A DNA stretch of 64,000 nt. It comes from an uncultured Gemmatimonadota bacterium (GTDB lineage: Bacteria > JAAXHH01). This document shows, one piece after another, positions 37,296 through 45,906 of the stretch. How positions within the stretch are numbered: the first letter of the stretch is position 1; each line of letters starts with the position of its first letter. A program made the position numbers and the translations under genes. The stretch is from NCBI GenBank assembly GCA_951812955.1, contig OX638340.1, positions 992,001-1,056,000 on the forward strand, given 5' to 3'. The notes beneath the pieces are model-generated. The model was not told the origin of the DNA and made no database searches. It saw only the letters and a list, made by a program, of their open reading frames with translations.

Positions 37296-40004
37296 ATGAA
37301 CCGGTTTACCGTCCTGCCACTGTTATGCCTGATTCTTCTCTGCGGAACGATCTCCGGCGTTTCAAAAGCGCAGGACTTCGAGTATTGGCCCGGCACCGAA
37401 TACGATGCTTCGGTACCCACCGCGGAGGAGATCCTGGGCTACCGGATCGGTGACCGCATCACGCCCCACGCGGGCCTGATGAAATACCTGGAAGCGCTCG
37501 AGTCGGCGATGCCCGACCAGGTGCATATTCTCGAATACGCACAGTCCTGGGAAAGGCGCAGACTCGTCTATGCTTTCGTGGGATCGGCGGAACACATCGG
37601 CGCACTGGCGGCCATCGGCGAAGGCATGGAACGGCTGGCGGACCCGAGAATAACGTCCCGCGCCAGCGCCGACAGCCTGATTGCCTCCATGCCGGTAATT
37701 GTGAATCTCAGCTACAGCGTGCACGGAAACGAGATCTCCCCTTCGGATGCGGCGCTGCTCACGGCCTACCACCTGCTGGCGGCCCGGAACGACCCTGTCG
37801 TCGACCGGATCCTCAAAGAGACGATCGTGATGATCGATCCGGTCCAGAATCCCGATGGGCGGGACCGGTTCGTCCATAATTTCGAGATCGCCGAAGGACT
37901 GGAGCCGAATGCCAGTCCGCTTGCGGCCGAGCACAACGAACCCTGGCCCGGGGGGCGGACCAACCATTACTACTTCGACCTGAACCGCGACTGGATTTCG
38001 TTGAACCATCCCGAGACCCTGGGGAGGGTGAAGGTTCTGCAGGAGTATTTCCCGCCGGTCTTCGTCGACCTCCACGAAATGGGATCCAATGCCACCTATT
38101 ACTTCGCGCCAGAGGCCATTCCCTACAATCCGCACCTGGCCAGGGACCAGCGGGAGAGTCTCCAGCTCTTCGGAAAAAACAACGCGAAGTGGTTCGACCA
38201 TTTCGGATTCTCGTACTTCACGAGGGAAGTGTTCGACGCCTTCTATCCGGGTTACGGCGCGAGTTGGCCGTCCTACTACGGCAGCGTGGCCATGACGTAT
38301 GAACAGGCGTCGGCCCGGGGACTCGTCGTCCGAAGAAGCGACGAGTCGGTCATGCATTTCCGGGACACGGTGCGGCATCACTTCGTCGCTTCCATCGCCA
38401 CCAGCGAAACGGCGGCGAGCAACCGGGAGCAGCTACTGGCGGACTTCTATGCCTACCGGCAGTCGGCGATTGAAGAAGGCCGCAGCGAAGATATCCGGTC
38501 CTACATCCTGCCGCGCAGGTTGGCCGGCAACACCTCGGGAGTGGACAAGCTGGCCTGGCTCATGGCTTATCACGGCGTGGAGGTCCAGCAGGCCGGTTCG
38601 GACTTCCGGGCGGGAGGGAAGAACTATCCCGCGGGCAGTTACGTCATATCTCTCGCCCAGCCCGCCAAGCGCCTGATTCGCACGCTCATGGATACGCACG
38701 TACCGATGAGCGAGGACTTTATCGCGGAACAGGAGCGGCGCAGGAGCAAGGGCTTAGGCGACCAGATATACGACGTGACCGCGTGGTCCTTTCCGCTGAT
38801 GTACAACGTCGAAACCGTGGCCGTGGACCGCCAGGTCGAGGGAAATCTCACCATGGTCGATCCCGCCCTGGTTCCGCCGGGATCGATCACGGGAGGCCGC
38901 GCGGAAGTAGCCTATCTGGTTCCCTGGGGCACCCAGGCCGCGGGTCGGCTGCTGGCCGCTTCGCTGAGGGCGGGACTCCGCGCATTCAGTACCGACCTGG
39001 CGTTCGCGCAGGGGGACCGGCGCTACCCGACCGGCACGCTGATCTTCAAGGTCAAGGACAACCCGGATCACATGCACGAAACGTTGGCGGAGATCGCCGT
39101 CTCATCCGGAGCGGAAGTCATCGCGACCGATACCGGGTGGGTGGATGAAGGGCCTAATTTCGGCAGCAACAACGTCGTGTATATGCGCAAGCCCCGCATC
39201 GCCCTGGCGTGGGACAGGCCGACCCGGGCCTACAACGCCGGCGCCACCCGTTTCGTCGTGGAACGCCAGATCGGGTACCCGGTGACGCCTATCCGGACGC
39301 GCCAGATTGCCACTGCCGACCTGAGGGACTTCGATGTACTGCTGCTGCCCGATCCCGGGTTCGGCGCCACTTATGAGGACGTACTCGGCGAACGGGGAAC
39401 CAGGCGGATAAGGGACTGGGTCCGTACCGGCGGCACGGTGGTTGGCCTGGGCAGCGGCGCCACGGCCTTCCTCGCGGGTGGTATGACCGGACTTCTTTCG
39501 ACGGCCAGAGAGGACCAGGCCAAAGAGGACGGCGAAGGCGACGGCGATACCGGTGACGGAGATGCTGCCGGCAGGATATTCCGTACGGAAGAAGAATACC
39601 TGAGGGCGTTGAAGTCCGATGACTCCGCGCCGCCGGCCACGCAGGGCGTCCTCCTCAAGGCCGGGCTCGATCCCGACCACTGGTTGGCCGCCGGCAGGGA
39701 CAGCACCGTGAACGCCCTGGTCAGCGGCAGCTCGATCTTTACTCCGCTCAAGCTGGACGAAGGAAATAACGTGGCCGTCTTTCTGGGTCCCGACGAAGTA
39801 CTCGCCAGTGGGTTCGCGTGGGAAGGCAGCACGAAACAGTTGGCCTACAAGCCTTTGCTCATGGAAGAACGACACGGCCGCGGCCTGGCCATCGGGTTTA
39901 CGGCCGACCCGAACTTCAGGGCGTACATGGACGGTCTGAACATCCTGTTCCTCAACGCGATATTTCGAGGCCCGGCCCATTCGGGAGCGGCCGTGACCGA
40001 GTAG
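37296..40004 (+). CDS. Secreted zinc carboxypeptidase of the M14 family (902 aa) with a long C-terminal extension
   Basis: A signal peptide MNRFTVLPLLCLILLCGTISG is present. HGNE is the HxxE Zn motif in SYSVHGNEISPSD. NPDGRD and the HEMGS region are also present. Confidence 0.7.
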   Translation: MNRFTVLPLLCLILLCGTISGVSKAQDFEYWPGTEYDASVPTAEEILGYRIGDRITPHAGLMKYLEALESAMPDQVHILEYAQSWERRRLVYAFVGSAEHIGALAAIGEGMERLADPRITSRASADSLIASMPVIVNLSYSVHGNEISPSDAALLTAYHLLAARNDPVVDRILKETIVMIDPVQNPDGRDRFVHNFEIAEGLEPNASPLAAEHNEPWPGGRTNHYYFDLNRDWISLNHPETLGRVKVLQEYFPPVFVDLHEMGSNATYYFAPEAIPYNPHLARDQRESLQLFGKNNAKWFDHFGFSYFTREVFDAFYPGYGASWPSYYGSVAMTYEQASARGLVVRRSDESVMHFRDTVRHHFVASIATSETAASNREQLLADFYAYRQSAIEEGRSEDIRSYILPRRLAGNTSGVDKLAWLMAYHGVEVQQAGSDFRAGGKNYPAGSYVISLAQPAKRLIRTLMDTHVPMSEDFIAEQERRRSKGLGDQIYDVTAWSFPLMYNVETVAVDRQVEGNLTMVDPALVPPGSITGGRAEVAYLVPWGTQAAGRLLAASLRAGLRAFSTDLAFAQGDRRYPTGTLIFKVKDNPDHMHETLAEIAVSSGAEVIATDTGWVDEGPNFGSNNVVYMRKPRIALAWDRPTRAYNAGATRFVVERQIGYPVTPIRTRQIATADLRDFDVLLLPDPGFGATYEDVLGERGTRRIRDWVRTGGTVVGLGSGATAFLAGGMTGLLSTAREDQAKEDGEGDGDTGDGDAAGRIFRTEEEYLRALKSDDSAPPATQGVLLKAGLDPDHWLAAGRDSTVNALVSGSSIFTPLKLDEGNNVAVFLGPDEVLASGFAWEGSTKQLAYKPLLMEERHGRGLAIGFTADPNFRAYMDGLNILFLNAIFRGPAHSGAAVTE

Positions 40005-40125
40005 GCAAACCGAGCGCCCGAATCGACCTCGGTGAAGCCGGCGCATTATCGAAACGGCCGGGGAACAGATCCGCGACCCGGTGGCAGTCTGATAGAACAA
40101 CTCCCGAAGAAAGGCGGTCTGTGGC

Positions 40126-41133
40126 ATGTCCTCCATTCCCATGCGTAACACCCCGCCGGACCATGGTATCAGGGTGCCTTACGAAACCCATTCTGCATTT
40201 ATCGCGGAACTTTTCGCCGCGGCCGGCATGAGACGCGGTGAAGCCGGGTTGATGGCCAGGATCCTTGCCACGGCCGACAAACGCTGTGTGTACAGCCACG
40301 GCACACAGCAGGCGCTCGGGTATTTGCCGAAGCTTCGTGACGGCGAGGTGAATCCACGCCCAAACGTCACCGCGGTTCGCGAATCGGACACCGTCGTGGT
40401 CCTGGACGGAGACGGCGGCATGGGATACGGACCGTCCCACCGGGGTATGGAAACCGCCATCGAAAAAGCCCTGGCCCATGGCCTTGGCGCGGCCACCACG
40501 CGGAACCATTATCATTTCGGCGCGGCAGGGAACTACTCCCGCATGGCCCTGGAACATGGGTGCGTGGGATGGGCACTGTCCACCCACCGCGTCGCGCTCG
40601 ATCCTGACAGCGTGATCATGTCCGCAAGCGGCGGTTCGCCCATGAGCCTGGCCTTCCCGACGCGGAGCCAGCCTCCCCTGGTGCTCGACATGGCCGCGGT
40701 TTTCATGGGATACAAGGACGAACTGTTCCAGGAATTCTATGCCTTGTTCGCCAAGAGCCTGGGTCTCGCGGTCGCCTTGCAGGCGCTCGGGGGCATCCTG
40801 GCCGGCATCTGGAGGCCTGAATTCCAACCTCCCCGGACGAAATGGGAATCCAACCAGGGCGCTTTCCTGCTGGCCATGAAGATCGATCACTTCATGGATC
40901 TGGACGAGTTTGAGCGATCACTGGACGATTTCGTATCGAAGGCGAGGAACATGAGGCCGTTCCCTGGCATGCCATCGGCGGAACTGCCTGGTGGGATGGA
41001 GTGGCGGTGGGAAAAGGAAAATGATGAGACGGGGGTGCCGTTGAGCGACGAACACCGCGTGAGGCTGGAGGAGATCGCGGATACGTTCAACGTAGAGCCG
41101 CCCTACGAGTCGTTCGAATCCACGCGGTTCTGA
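40126..41133 (+). CDS. Ldh_2 family (malate/L-lactate/L-sulfolactate dehydrogenase type 2) NAD(P)H-dependent oxidoreductase
   Basis: 335 aa. ...HGTQQALGYLPKLRDGEVNPRP...GDGGMGYGPSH... is characteristic of the Ldh_2 fold. The family includes ureidoglycolate dehydrogenase and pyrroline/piperideine-2-carboxylate reductases. Confidence 0.65.
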   Translation: MSSIPMRNTPPDHGIRVPYETHSAFIAELFAAAGMRRGEAGLMARILATADKRCVYSHGTQQALGYLPKLRDGEVNPRPNVTAVRESDTVVVLDGDGGMGYGPSHRGMETAIEKALAHGLGAATTRNHYHFGAAGNYSRMALEHGCVGWALSTHRVALDPDSVIMSASGGSPMSLAFPTRSQPPLVLDMAAVFMGYKDELFQEFYALFAKSLGLAVALQALGGILAGIWRPEFQPPRTKWESNQGAFLLAMKIDHFMDLDEFERSLDDFVSKARNMRPFPGMPSAELPGGMEWRWEKENDETGVPLSDEHRVRLEEIADTFNVEPPYESFESTRF

Positions 41134-41187
41134 TACGGACTGCCTTTCCATTCCATACAGATTACCGGGGCGTTTAGCCGGCAGGGA

Positions 41188-41604
41188 TCAAGCGGTCGCC
41201 TCCTTGAACCAGGTTTCGTGCACGCGCAGCCATTCCAGTCCGTTCGGCATTGCATCATTGCGTCGGAATATCACGGTGCTGTGCCTGGAAGTGGTTTCTC
41301 CGCCTTCTTCCTGCCATTCTTCGTACTCCGCTATAACGAGTTCGTGATCTTCTGCCAGTATGCGGACGTTCTCGATCCAGATGCGTATACCCGGCCGGCC
41401 GGTGTGGGCTTCGTACAGGACTTTCAGCAGGGGTTCCCGCTCCACCTTTCCGCCATGCGGCATGACGATCACAAAGGCTCTAGCGAGCACGGTCCCCATT
41501 CGTTCGAACGCTTCGGTGGTCCTGGGGACACGACCGTTGAACCAGGATTCGAAACACTGGTGCAAGGCGTCGATTTCGTTTCGGCAGGAAGCGATCAGCT
41601 GCAT
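41188..41604 (-). CDS. SnoaL-like / DUF4440 (NTF2-fold) small protein
   Basis: 138 aa, in the size range of a SnoaL-like polyketide-cyclase-like domain. Confidence is low. Confidence 0.35.
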   Translation of the reverse strand: MQLIASCRNEIDALHQCFESWFNGRVPRTTEAFERMGTVLARAFVIVMPHGGKVEREPLLKVLYEAHTGRPGIRIWIENVRILAEDHELVIAEYEEWQEEGGETTSRHSTVIFRRNDAMPNGLEWLRVHETWFKEATA

Positions 41605-41697
41605 GGTTGATCCATTGTAAAGGCTATTAGGTTCGGGTGGTTAATTCTAGTTATCTTATTGAATTTATTGAAATAAGGTTTTATTCGATCGGAGGAT

Positions 41698-42240
41698 TCA
41701 CCGGCCTACCTTGAAGCCCACCATGGCGTAGACCGCGGTCGTGCTCACGCCCTTGTCCAGGTTGATGTATCTTCCCTCGATCCCCACGAACGCAATACCG
41801 AGCGAGGTCCCGACAAAAACGCCCGGCTGCGCGTAAAAGGTATTCGTCGTCCTGGTGATATCCGTCCTGGTATCATCCTCCAGGTTCATCGACTTCTCGG
41901 AATCCTGCGCCCGTCCCACTCCGATCATCGCGCGCACCAGAATGGGAGACGATACCAGCGTCACGCCCGCGTCCACCCCGTATAACAGCAGGGATTTCTC
42001 TCCGTCGTCCCCGGTTTTCGCAAGGTGATAGGTCGCTCTCGCACCGACGTGAACAGTTCTGATTCCGGTCGGCAGGCTAACGATTACACTGCCGCCCCCG
42101 CCTCTCTCGTATTTTTCCGTGGCCTGTCCGCCGTGAAAACCGAACTCGGCGCCCTGGGCGTGGGTCCGTTCCGGGGTGACGGCGGCCATGAGCCACATCA
42201 GGCAGACCGCGCGACAGATCAACTGCAAGAAAGTCATCAT
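41698..42240 (-). CDS. Small outer-membrane beta-barrel protein (OmpW/opacity-like)
   Basis: A signal peptide is followed by alternating hydrophobic beta-strand segments (...GVDAGVTLVSSPILVRAMIGVG..., ...AVYAMVGFKVGR) over 180 aa. Confidence 0.4.
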   Translation of the reverse strand: MMTFLQLICRAVCLMWLMAAVTPERTHAQGAEFGFHGGQATEKYERGGGGSVIVSLPTGIRTVHVGARATYHLAKTGDDGEKSLLLYGVDAGVTLVSSPILVRAMIGVGRAQDSEKSMNLEDDTRTDITRTTNTFYAQPGVFVGTSLGIAFVGIEGRYINLDKGVSTTAVYAMVGFKVGR

Positions 42241-42577
42241 TCGTTCCCGGGCAATCTCGAACTAGTCTTCGATGCCGCATCACGTTCCCGGACAATCCAG
42301 CCTGCGCCCTTCACTCCGCGTTACCATCTCGAGAGGATAGCAGGAGCTATGATACCCAAGTAATATGGTCCGCGTCCAATACTTTCCATTTATTCTCTCC
42401 CAGCCGCGACGCCAGGACGCTGAATTGAGCCTGCAAACCCCTACTGTTATCGTTTGTAATCGCGCATTCGTTTGACCCTCAATCTAAATTCCAGTATTTT
42501 GGGAACGAGACACGATCCCGGCATCGGTCTGCCTGAAGAGGCCACGATTACCATAGCAGTTTTCGGAACTCTTCACA

Positions 42578-44779
42578 TTGAATCCAACATCCAAATCGGT
42601 CATTCCCGCGCTCTCAGCCGGACTTACTTCGGGTCTGGGACTTCTGGTTGCCCAGGTTGCCTTCGGCAGCTTCATTTTCTCGGGGGCCCTGGCGCCCTAC
42701 GCTTCACAGGGCGTGGGCCTGGTGCTGTTCGGGAACTTCGCGGCGTGTCTGGTCATCGCTCTTTTGGGTGGTTTCCGCGGGGCTATCGCGGGGCTGTCGC
42801 CCGCGCTGGTCATCGGCATGGCCGTGATCGGCTCCTCCCTGGACGCCGAGGGTCACGCGCTGTTCGCGACCGCATCCGTCGCCCTGATATTCTGTGCGGC
42901 GACCACGGGCGTGTGCTGTCTCGCGGTCGGCCGGTTCCGGCTCGCCAACCTGTTGCGCTTTATACCGTATCCCGTGGCCGGGGGATTCGTGGCCGGAATT
43001 GGCGGGGCCGTGTGCCTGGCGGCCCTGTCCCTGATGGGCGCAGACCCGGATTGGCTGGCAATGCCCGCTCTGTTCGAACCCTCCGTTTTATGGAAGTGGG
43101 TGCCGGGAGTAGTCTTTGGCGTCTTGCTCTACCTCTCCATGAAGACCTGGCGCAACCCACTTATCCTTCCCATGGGTGTGTTACTGGCTGTAGGTGCATA
43201 TCATTTCGCACTCAACAACCTCGGCATTTCGGGAGAAGAGGCACGGACCGCGGGATTGCTACTTACGAGCACGGCGGAAGGCAGCCTGTGGCCGGCGTTA
43301 GGGCCTGCCGATCTGTCCAATGTCAACTGGGCTTCGCTGACCTCGCAGATCCCCAACATGCTGGCGCTGATGCTGGTGGCGTTTATAAGCATCATCATGA
43401 ATATCGCCGGACTCGAAATGGCGACGAACCAGGAACTGAACTGGGACCAGGAGTTCAGGGTGACGGGACTGGCAAGCGTGCTTGCGGGACTGGGCGGGGG
43501 GACCGTGGCGACGCTTGTCGTTCCCGCGTCGCTTCGAAGCAAGTTGTTCGGTGCGACAACCCGGATGACCGGGGTGGTCGCTGCACTCGTTATCGGCGTG
43601 GCCCTTGTACTGGGCGACGGCATGCTGGAGATCGTACCCGCGGCGCTCGTGGGCGGAATCCTGGTCTTCGCCGGCCTGGGCATGCTGGACGAAGGGCTTG
43701 TGAGAAGCCGAAGAAGGCTTCCGCGGATGGAGTATGGAATTGTTCTGGCGATGTTTGCGGTTGTCACGTCGCTCGGATTGATCGAGGGCGTAGCCGTCGG
43801 TATGCTGGCCACGCTGGTTTTCTTCGCCGTGCGGCTCAGCAGGGTTGACCCCATCGAATCAAGATTCACCGCGCAGGAACGAGAGAGCATAAAATCGAGA
43901 TCCATACCCGACCGGGCTATACTGCGCAGAGAAGGTGAGCGGATACAGGTATACAAGCTGCGTGGTTACATTTTCTTCGGCAGCGCCTACGCGCTCTCAG
44001 ATGAATTCAAGAACAGGTTAAGCGGCGATTCGAGACCGGTGTGCATCATGCTGGATTTCGCGGCCGTTTCAGGCCTCGACTTCTCGGCCGTGAACGCCAT
44101 GGGAAGGTTTCTGCAAGCGGCGAAAGCGTCCAGCGTACGTGTCGTGCTCAGCGCGTTGTCCGAGGGACTGAAAGACCGGTTCGAACGCAGCCTGCCGGCT
44201 TCGGTGTATGGCGAATTGCTGTGGGAACCCGACGCGGACCGCGGTCTCGAACGTTGCGAGGATATCCTGATCGAAACGTGGAACACCGAGTCCGGAGGGA
44301 CCGAAGAACGGCGAGAATCGCTGCTGAAACATTCCGCGGAAGAACTGGAACACTACCTCGATCGACAAATCGATTTCGAGAGCCTGACGGAATCACTGCA
44401 AGGGTGGCTGAACCCAAGCAAGTACGAAGCAGGCGAGGTCCTGGCCGGGCCGGGTGCTCCCACGGACCATCTGCAACTGATCCTTTCGGGCCGCGTATCC
44501 GGTTACGATACCAGGGCGACCCGCCTGTTCCAATGCGGGCCGGGTGACGCGATCTGGCCGAATGGCGCGCCGGGTCAGAAAGCACACCGCGTAGTGGCCA
44601 ATGTACACTGTCAAACGATGTTGCTATCGCCCGCGGTTCTTGGCCGGCTGGAGCAGAACGAACAGCAACTGGTACATGACCTTTACCGGTACTTGCTGGC
44701 CGGACGGCTTCGCAGCGAACGGGAAGCCGGAGCATCGTTTACGGATACTGACAGCAAGATGCAGGGAAAAGAACGATGA
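42578..44779 (+). CDS. SulP/SLC26-family anion transporter. It is fused to a STAS domain and a C-terminal degenerate cyclic-nucleotide-binding-like domain. The annotated start is a TTG; the true start is uncertain.
   Basis: SulP N-terminal motif region SAGLTSGLGLLVAQVAFGSFIFSGALAPY. TM core to ~aa 470. STAS (VYKLRGYIFFGSAYAL...VCIMLDFAAVSGLDFSAVNAMGRF...). cNMP-like tail (GEVLAGPGAPTDHLQLILSGRV...FQCGPGDAI). Confidence 0.7.
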   Translation: MNPTSKSVIPALSAGLTSGLGLLVAQVAFGSFIFSGALAPYASQGVGLVLFGNFAACLVIALLGGFRGAIAGLSPALVIGMAVIGSSLDAEGHALFATASVALIFCAATTGVCCLAVGRFRLANLLRFIPYPVAGGFVAGIGGAVCLAALSLMGADPDWLAMPALFEPSVLWKWVPGVVFGVLLYLSMKTWRNPLILPMGVLLAVGAYHFALNNLGISGEEARTAGLLLTSTAEGSLWPALGPADLSNVNWASLTSQIPNMLALMLVAFISIIMNIAGLEMATNQELNWDQEFRVTGLASVLAGLGGGTVATLVVPASLRSKLFGATTRMTGVVAALVIGVALVLGDGMLEIVPAALVGGILVFAGLGMLDEGLVRSRRRLPRMEYGIVLAMFAVVTSLGLIEGVAVGMLATLVFFAVRLSRVDPIESRFTAQERESIKSRSIPDRAILRREGERIQVYKLRGYIFFGSAYALSDEFKNRLSGDSRPVCIMLDFAAVSGLDFSAVNAMGRFLQAAKASSVRVVLSALSEGLKDRFERSLPASVYGELLWEPDADRGLERCEDILIETWNTESGGTEERRESLLKHSAEELEHYLDRQIDFESLTESLQGWLNPSKYEAGEVLAGPGAPTDHLQLILSGRVSGYDTRATRLFQCGPGDAIWPNGAPGQKAHRVVANVHCQTMLLSPAVLGRLEQNEQQLVHDLYRYLLAGRLRSEREAGASFTDTDSKMQGKER

Positions 44780-44885
44780 GCGGGTAATGCCGGCTGTCTT
44801 CTATACGTCCCATACCACATGGGTTCAGGAAATCAGTCTCCGCTATGAATTACACGGAGATTCTGACGAATCCGCCTTCGTGCAG

Positions 44886-45668
44886 CTAGAACCGATAGGC
44901 CGTCTCCAGCGGTTGCCCCTCCTCCAAGGCGCGTCGTGAAAAGTTCTCTTTTTCGCGCAACTCCCCGATCACGCGAATGACGTCCTCCAACGACTCACTG
45001 GGAAAGGCCATCACGCCGTTCACGTCCGCGGCGATAACGTCACCGGGGGCGACTTCGATTCCTCCGCAGACTATCGGCACGTTGGCGGCGACGGGGCGGA
45101 TCACCGAACCGGGACCATAGAGGCAGATTCCCCCCGCGTAAACAGGCAGGCCGATTTCCTCCATGCCCTCGATATCCCGGCAGCCGCCATCGGTCACCAG
45201 GCCCGCCATCCCCTTCTGACGACAGGCCAGCACGATCACGTCTCCGAACATGCTGAGCACCTCGCTGGTACCACTCGCCGTCACCCAGATCGATCCGGGC
45301 TCCGCTTCGTCCACCGGGCGAAAGACGAATGAACGAATGTCGTCCCGCGTGGTCGGGGTGTCGCTCTCCTCGTACTTCGTCGTCACGGCCGGCCCGGCGA
45401 TCGTACCCCTGGCGGGGATCATTGGTCGCACGCTTCGGGACATGGCCAGCCGCTCCCGGTCATGCCCCAGCCGGATCAACGCGTCCATGATCAGCGGCGT
45501 TGGTGCGTCTCTGAGCGCGCGGAAGGGATCACTGCTGGTACCGGTTTCCTGGTTCGTCTGAACCGCATGCGTTCTGGCGGGACTAGAGGCAAGGCTCGCG
45601 GCGGCCGTCGCGGCCATTCCGGATTTCAGGAACCCCCTGCGGGACAGGCTTCGATTGAATATCGTCAT
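44886..45668 (-). CDS. RraA-family (RraA/4-hydroxy-4-methyl-2-oxoglutarate aldolase-like) protein carrying a twin-arginine (Tat) signal peptide. I use the internal ATG at 45668, preceded by AGGAG.
   Basis: MTIFNRSLSRRGFLKSGMAATAAASLA is a canonical SRRxFLK Tat signal. The mature part has the RraA-like fold pattern (...GDVIVLACRQKGMAGLVTDGGCRD...). Confidence 0.5.
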   Translation of the reverse strand: MTIFNRSLSRRGFLKSGMAATAAASLASSPARTHAVQTNQETGTSSDPFRALRDAPTPLIMDALIRLGHDRERLAMSRSVRPMIPARGTIAGPAVTTKYEESDTPTTRDDIRSFVFRPVDEAEPGSIWVTASGTSEVLSMFGDVIVLACRQKGMAGLVTDGGCRDIEGMEEIGLPVYAGGICLYGPGSVIRPVAANVPIVCGGIEVAPGDVIAADVNGVMAFPSESLEDVIRVIGELREKENFSRRALEEGQPLETAYRF

Positions 45669-45757
45669 ATTGTGCTCCTGGAATGTGTGGATGAGGGTCG
45701 AAAACCAGCATCGTTCCTGCGCATACATCAACTCGGTTCCACGTTGCGATTAAACTG

Positions 45758-45786
45758 TTGATACCGTGGAAGACCACGTCTATTAT
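45758..45786 (+). promoter_or_regulatory. Near-consensus sigma70 promoter (TTGATA-N17-TATTAT, overlapping TATAAT) reading toward the LarA-like gene
   Basis: TTGATA at 45758-45763, an exact 17-nt spacer and TATTAT at 45781-45786. It sits in an AT-rich island within a 65% GC genome. Confidence 0.5.
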
Positions 45787-45816
45787 AATTGAACCTGCCG
45801 TCGGACCGGGCAGTTT

Positions 45817-45865
45817 ACCTGAAGTCTTTCGATCCTGGCAGATAACCTGAAGTCTTTCGATCCTG
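45817..45865. repeat. Two perfect copies of a 21-bp direct repeat ACCTGAAGTCTTTCGATCCTG separated by 7 nt (28-bp period). They lie in the 5' leader between the promoter and the LarA-like start, and form a candidate operator.
   Basis: Exact copies at 45817-45837 and 45845-45865. Confidence 0.7.
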
Positions 45866-45906
45866 TCCCCTTGTGCATCAAGTGGCCATCCCGAAAGTGG
45901 TTCGCG

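Noticed and set aside
45871-45906. TTG-initiated longer start for the LarA-like gene, and the ATG at 45731 for the RraA-like gene
   Set aside because: For the LarA-like gene, the downstream ATG at 45907 begins the family-typical MKYLTYSG. For the RraA-like gene, the downstream ATG at 45668 begins the Tat signal and has an AGGAG spaced correctly. The longer versions would run into the promoter and repeat region.
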